Shown here: one piece after another, positions 31,605-33,670 of the stretch
How positions within the stretch are numbered: the first letter of the stretch is position 1
How the letters are laid out: each line of letters opens with the position of its first letter
From: Octopus sinensis
Taxonomy: Eukaryota
DNA length: 33,670 bases
Direction of reading: 5' to 3'
Assembly (NCBI RefSeq): GCF_006345805.1
Contig: NW_021831927.1
Span: 1-33,670, forward strand
Notes under the pieces: model-generated
Told to the model about the DNA's origin: nothing
Databases searched by the model: none
Seen by the model: the letters and a program-made list of their open reading frames with translations, nothing else
Position numbers and translations under genes: made by a program

Positions 31605-32150
31605 AATGTGCTCCGATAGAGTACCAGGCCGTGGTTTTCATAACTTCTGATCTTAACTGATTGGAAGTGTTATCATGTACGTTGTTTTGTCTTGGTATAA
31701 AAGATGGGCTACAGCAAATATTCTGCTCAATACCACAGATTTGCTTGTCAGTTGTTTGACCTTAACCAGTTGAGCATGTCCCTTAGTGGCTGACGATATG
31801 TGCATCTCTGATCACGAGCAGAAGTAGTGGGGGAGCATCATAACCATGTGTTGAGAGGAATTCTTTGGGGTTTGGATAATTCACCTTTGGAAACACGGGT
31901 GTTTCGTTCAACATTATAAACAATCCTTTTGAGCGGGATGGGTTACTCAACCAGAAGAAAATTCTAACTGGGCCCCACCTGCAAGGTCATGTGCTGTTTC
32001 CCTTGATATGAGATCACCATGTCGCGCACATATGGTTTGTGATGCATGTGCCTGGTGTACCCTTATCAGACGGGTATCATGATGGGTATCTGGGATTCGT
32101 ATATTTTACCCAGTGTCACTTTGATGGCATGCTCTGCTCTCTCACTCAAT
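31605..32150 (+). mobile_element. Unclassified interspersed repeat ending in an (AAT)n tail, probably the 3' end of a non-LTR element
   Basis: Ends gctctctcactcaat+(aat)n; no ORF. Recalled as a common octopus repeat but not verifiable within the window. Confidence 0.5.
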
Positions 32151-32151
32151 A

Positions 32152-32187
<36 letters not shown>

Positions 32188-32293
32188 GAATAATAATAAT
32201 ATATAATATAATAATGATAATAATAATAATAATAATAATAATAAAATATAATAATAATAATAATATAATAATCAATAGTAATAATAATATAAT

Positions 32294-32325
<32 letters not shown>

Positions 32326-32333
32326 TAATAATA
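32151..32333. repeat. (TAA)n microsatellite shared as the tail of converging elements
   Basis: Direct. Confidence 0.95.
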
Positions 32334-32547
32334 ATCCTTTCTACTAAAGACACAAAACCTGAAATTCTGGAGGACGGGAAAGTCGATTTTATTGATCCCA
32401 GTGTTCAACTGGTACTTATTTTATCGACCCAGAAAGGATGAAAAGGAAAGCTGACTTCACTAGAATTTGAACCCAGAATGTAAGGACGGACGAAATGCCG
32501 CTGAGCATTTCGTTCGGTGTGCTAATGATTCTGCCAGTTCGCCGTCT
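32334..32547 (-). mobile_element. SINE family B
   Basis: Full head aagacggcgaactggcagaatc..., tail ...gtgtctttagtagaaagg. Confidence 0.85.
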
Positions 32548-32560
32548 TAATAATAGTACT

Positions 32561-32770
32561 GGTTTCAAATTTGGGCCCAAGGCCAACAATTTCGGGGCAA
32601 AGAAACCAAAGTCGATTAAATTGACCCCACCACCACCACCACCACCACAGCGGTCAACTAGTATTTACTTTATCGATCCCAAAAGATGAAAGGCAAAGTC
32701 GACCTCGGCTTAATTTGAACTCAGAAAGTACAGATGAACAAAATGCCGTTAGGCATTTTAACCGTCCCCT
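32561..32770 (-). mobile_element. SINE family B, diverged, head-to-tail with the previous copy
   Basis: Central domain intact; tail ggccttgggcccaaatttgaaacc; internal (CCA)n. Confidence 0.78.
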
Positions 32771-32777
32771 ATCTTCA

Positions 32778-32909
32778 CAACCTCATGGTTCCAGGTTCAG
32801 TCCCACTGCGTATCACCTTGGGCAACTGTCTTCTACTACTGTCTTGGGCCGACTACAGCCTTTTGAGTGGATTTGGTTGACGGAAACTGAAAGAAGCCCG
32901 TTCGATATC

Positions 32910-32948
<39 letters not shown>

Positions 32949-33200
32949 CTATATATACACATATATATACATGTGTGTGTATCGGTGTGTGAGTATGTTT
33001 TTGTACCTGTGTTTGTCTCCCACCATCGATTTACAACCGATGCTGGTGTGTTTATATTCCCGTAACTTAGCGGTTCGGCAAAGAGACCGATAGAATAAGT
33101 ACTAGGCTTACAAAGAATAAGTTCTGGGGTCGAATGTTCGACTAAAGGCGGTGCTCCAGCAAGGCCACAGTCAATGACTGAAACAATAAACGAATAAAAA
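32778..33200 (+). mobile_element. SINE family A, 5'-truncated
   Basis: Aligns to 6221-6686 from the B box through the tail. Confidence 0.88.
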
Positions 33201-33249
33201 TATACTATATATATATATATATATATATACTAAAGTGATACGGACTATA

Positions 33250-33670
33250 AGGCGCTCAGTGGTTAGCGTCAGATTACAATCATGAGGTTGTGAGTTCGAT
33301 TCCCGGATTGGGCTGCGTGTTTTGTTCTTGAGCAAGACACTTTATTTCACGTTGGTCCAGTTCACTCAGCTGTAGAAGTGAGTTGCGATGTCACTGGTGC
33401 CAAGCTGTATCGGCCCCTTTGCCTTTCCCTTGGATCACATCGGTGGCATGGAGAGGGAGAAGATGGTATGCATGGGTGACTGCTGGTCTTCCATAAAAAC
33501 AACCCTAGGTTGTGCGTTCGCCGTTGAGGTGTGTGTGTGTGCGTGTGTGTGTGTATGTGCATATGTGTGTCTATTTTTGTTCTCCATTGTCACTTGACAA
33601 CCGGTATTAGTGTGTTTGCGTCTTCATAACTTACCCGTTCAGCAAAAAAAGACCGATAGAATGAGAATCA
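33250..33670 (+). mobile_element. SINE family C continuing into the family A 3' module (cut by window end)
   Basis: tRNA head, ttgagcaagacactttatttcacg..., then cttgacaaccgg...gaccgatagaat as in family A. Confidence 0.8.

Noticed and set aside
31324-31650. Poly-K/R, poly-E and poly-S ORFs
   Set aside because: They are translations of the (GAA)n tract.

Overview
AT-rich, microsatellite-saturated eukaryotic DNA, most likely an octopus intron or intergenic region. The species assignment is an inference from recalled cephalopod tRNA-SINE families and the (TA)/(CA)/(TATG) content. I found no intact protein-coding gene, and nearly all long ORFs in the track are microsatellite read-throughs. Contents: a 5'-truncated, frameshifted CR1/L2-clade LINE (14733-15977); about 20 copies of at least four modular tRNA-derived SINE families; two non-autonomous Helitrons with canonical A|TC...hairpin-CTAG|T ends; mariner-, pogo/Tigger- and hAT-like MITEs; several long fold-back elements; and a tRNA-like pseudogene. 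The main unannotated signal is a dispersed set of minimal type I hammerhead-ribozyme motifs (CUGANGA - helix II - GAAAC - palindromic or very short helix III - GUH). Three belong to one short repeat family, others sit in fold-back elements, and one was split by a Helitron and is restored on removing it. This points to a Penelope-derived, ribozyme-bearing non-autonomous retroelement system. Other highlights: a SINE and the LINE share a 3' tail with a covarying hairpin, a SINE dimer lies inside one 16-bp TSD with the same junction seen elsewhere, and every family B SINE is on the minus strand. Element boundaries are hand-read and approximate unless a junction is quoted.
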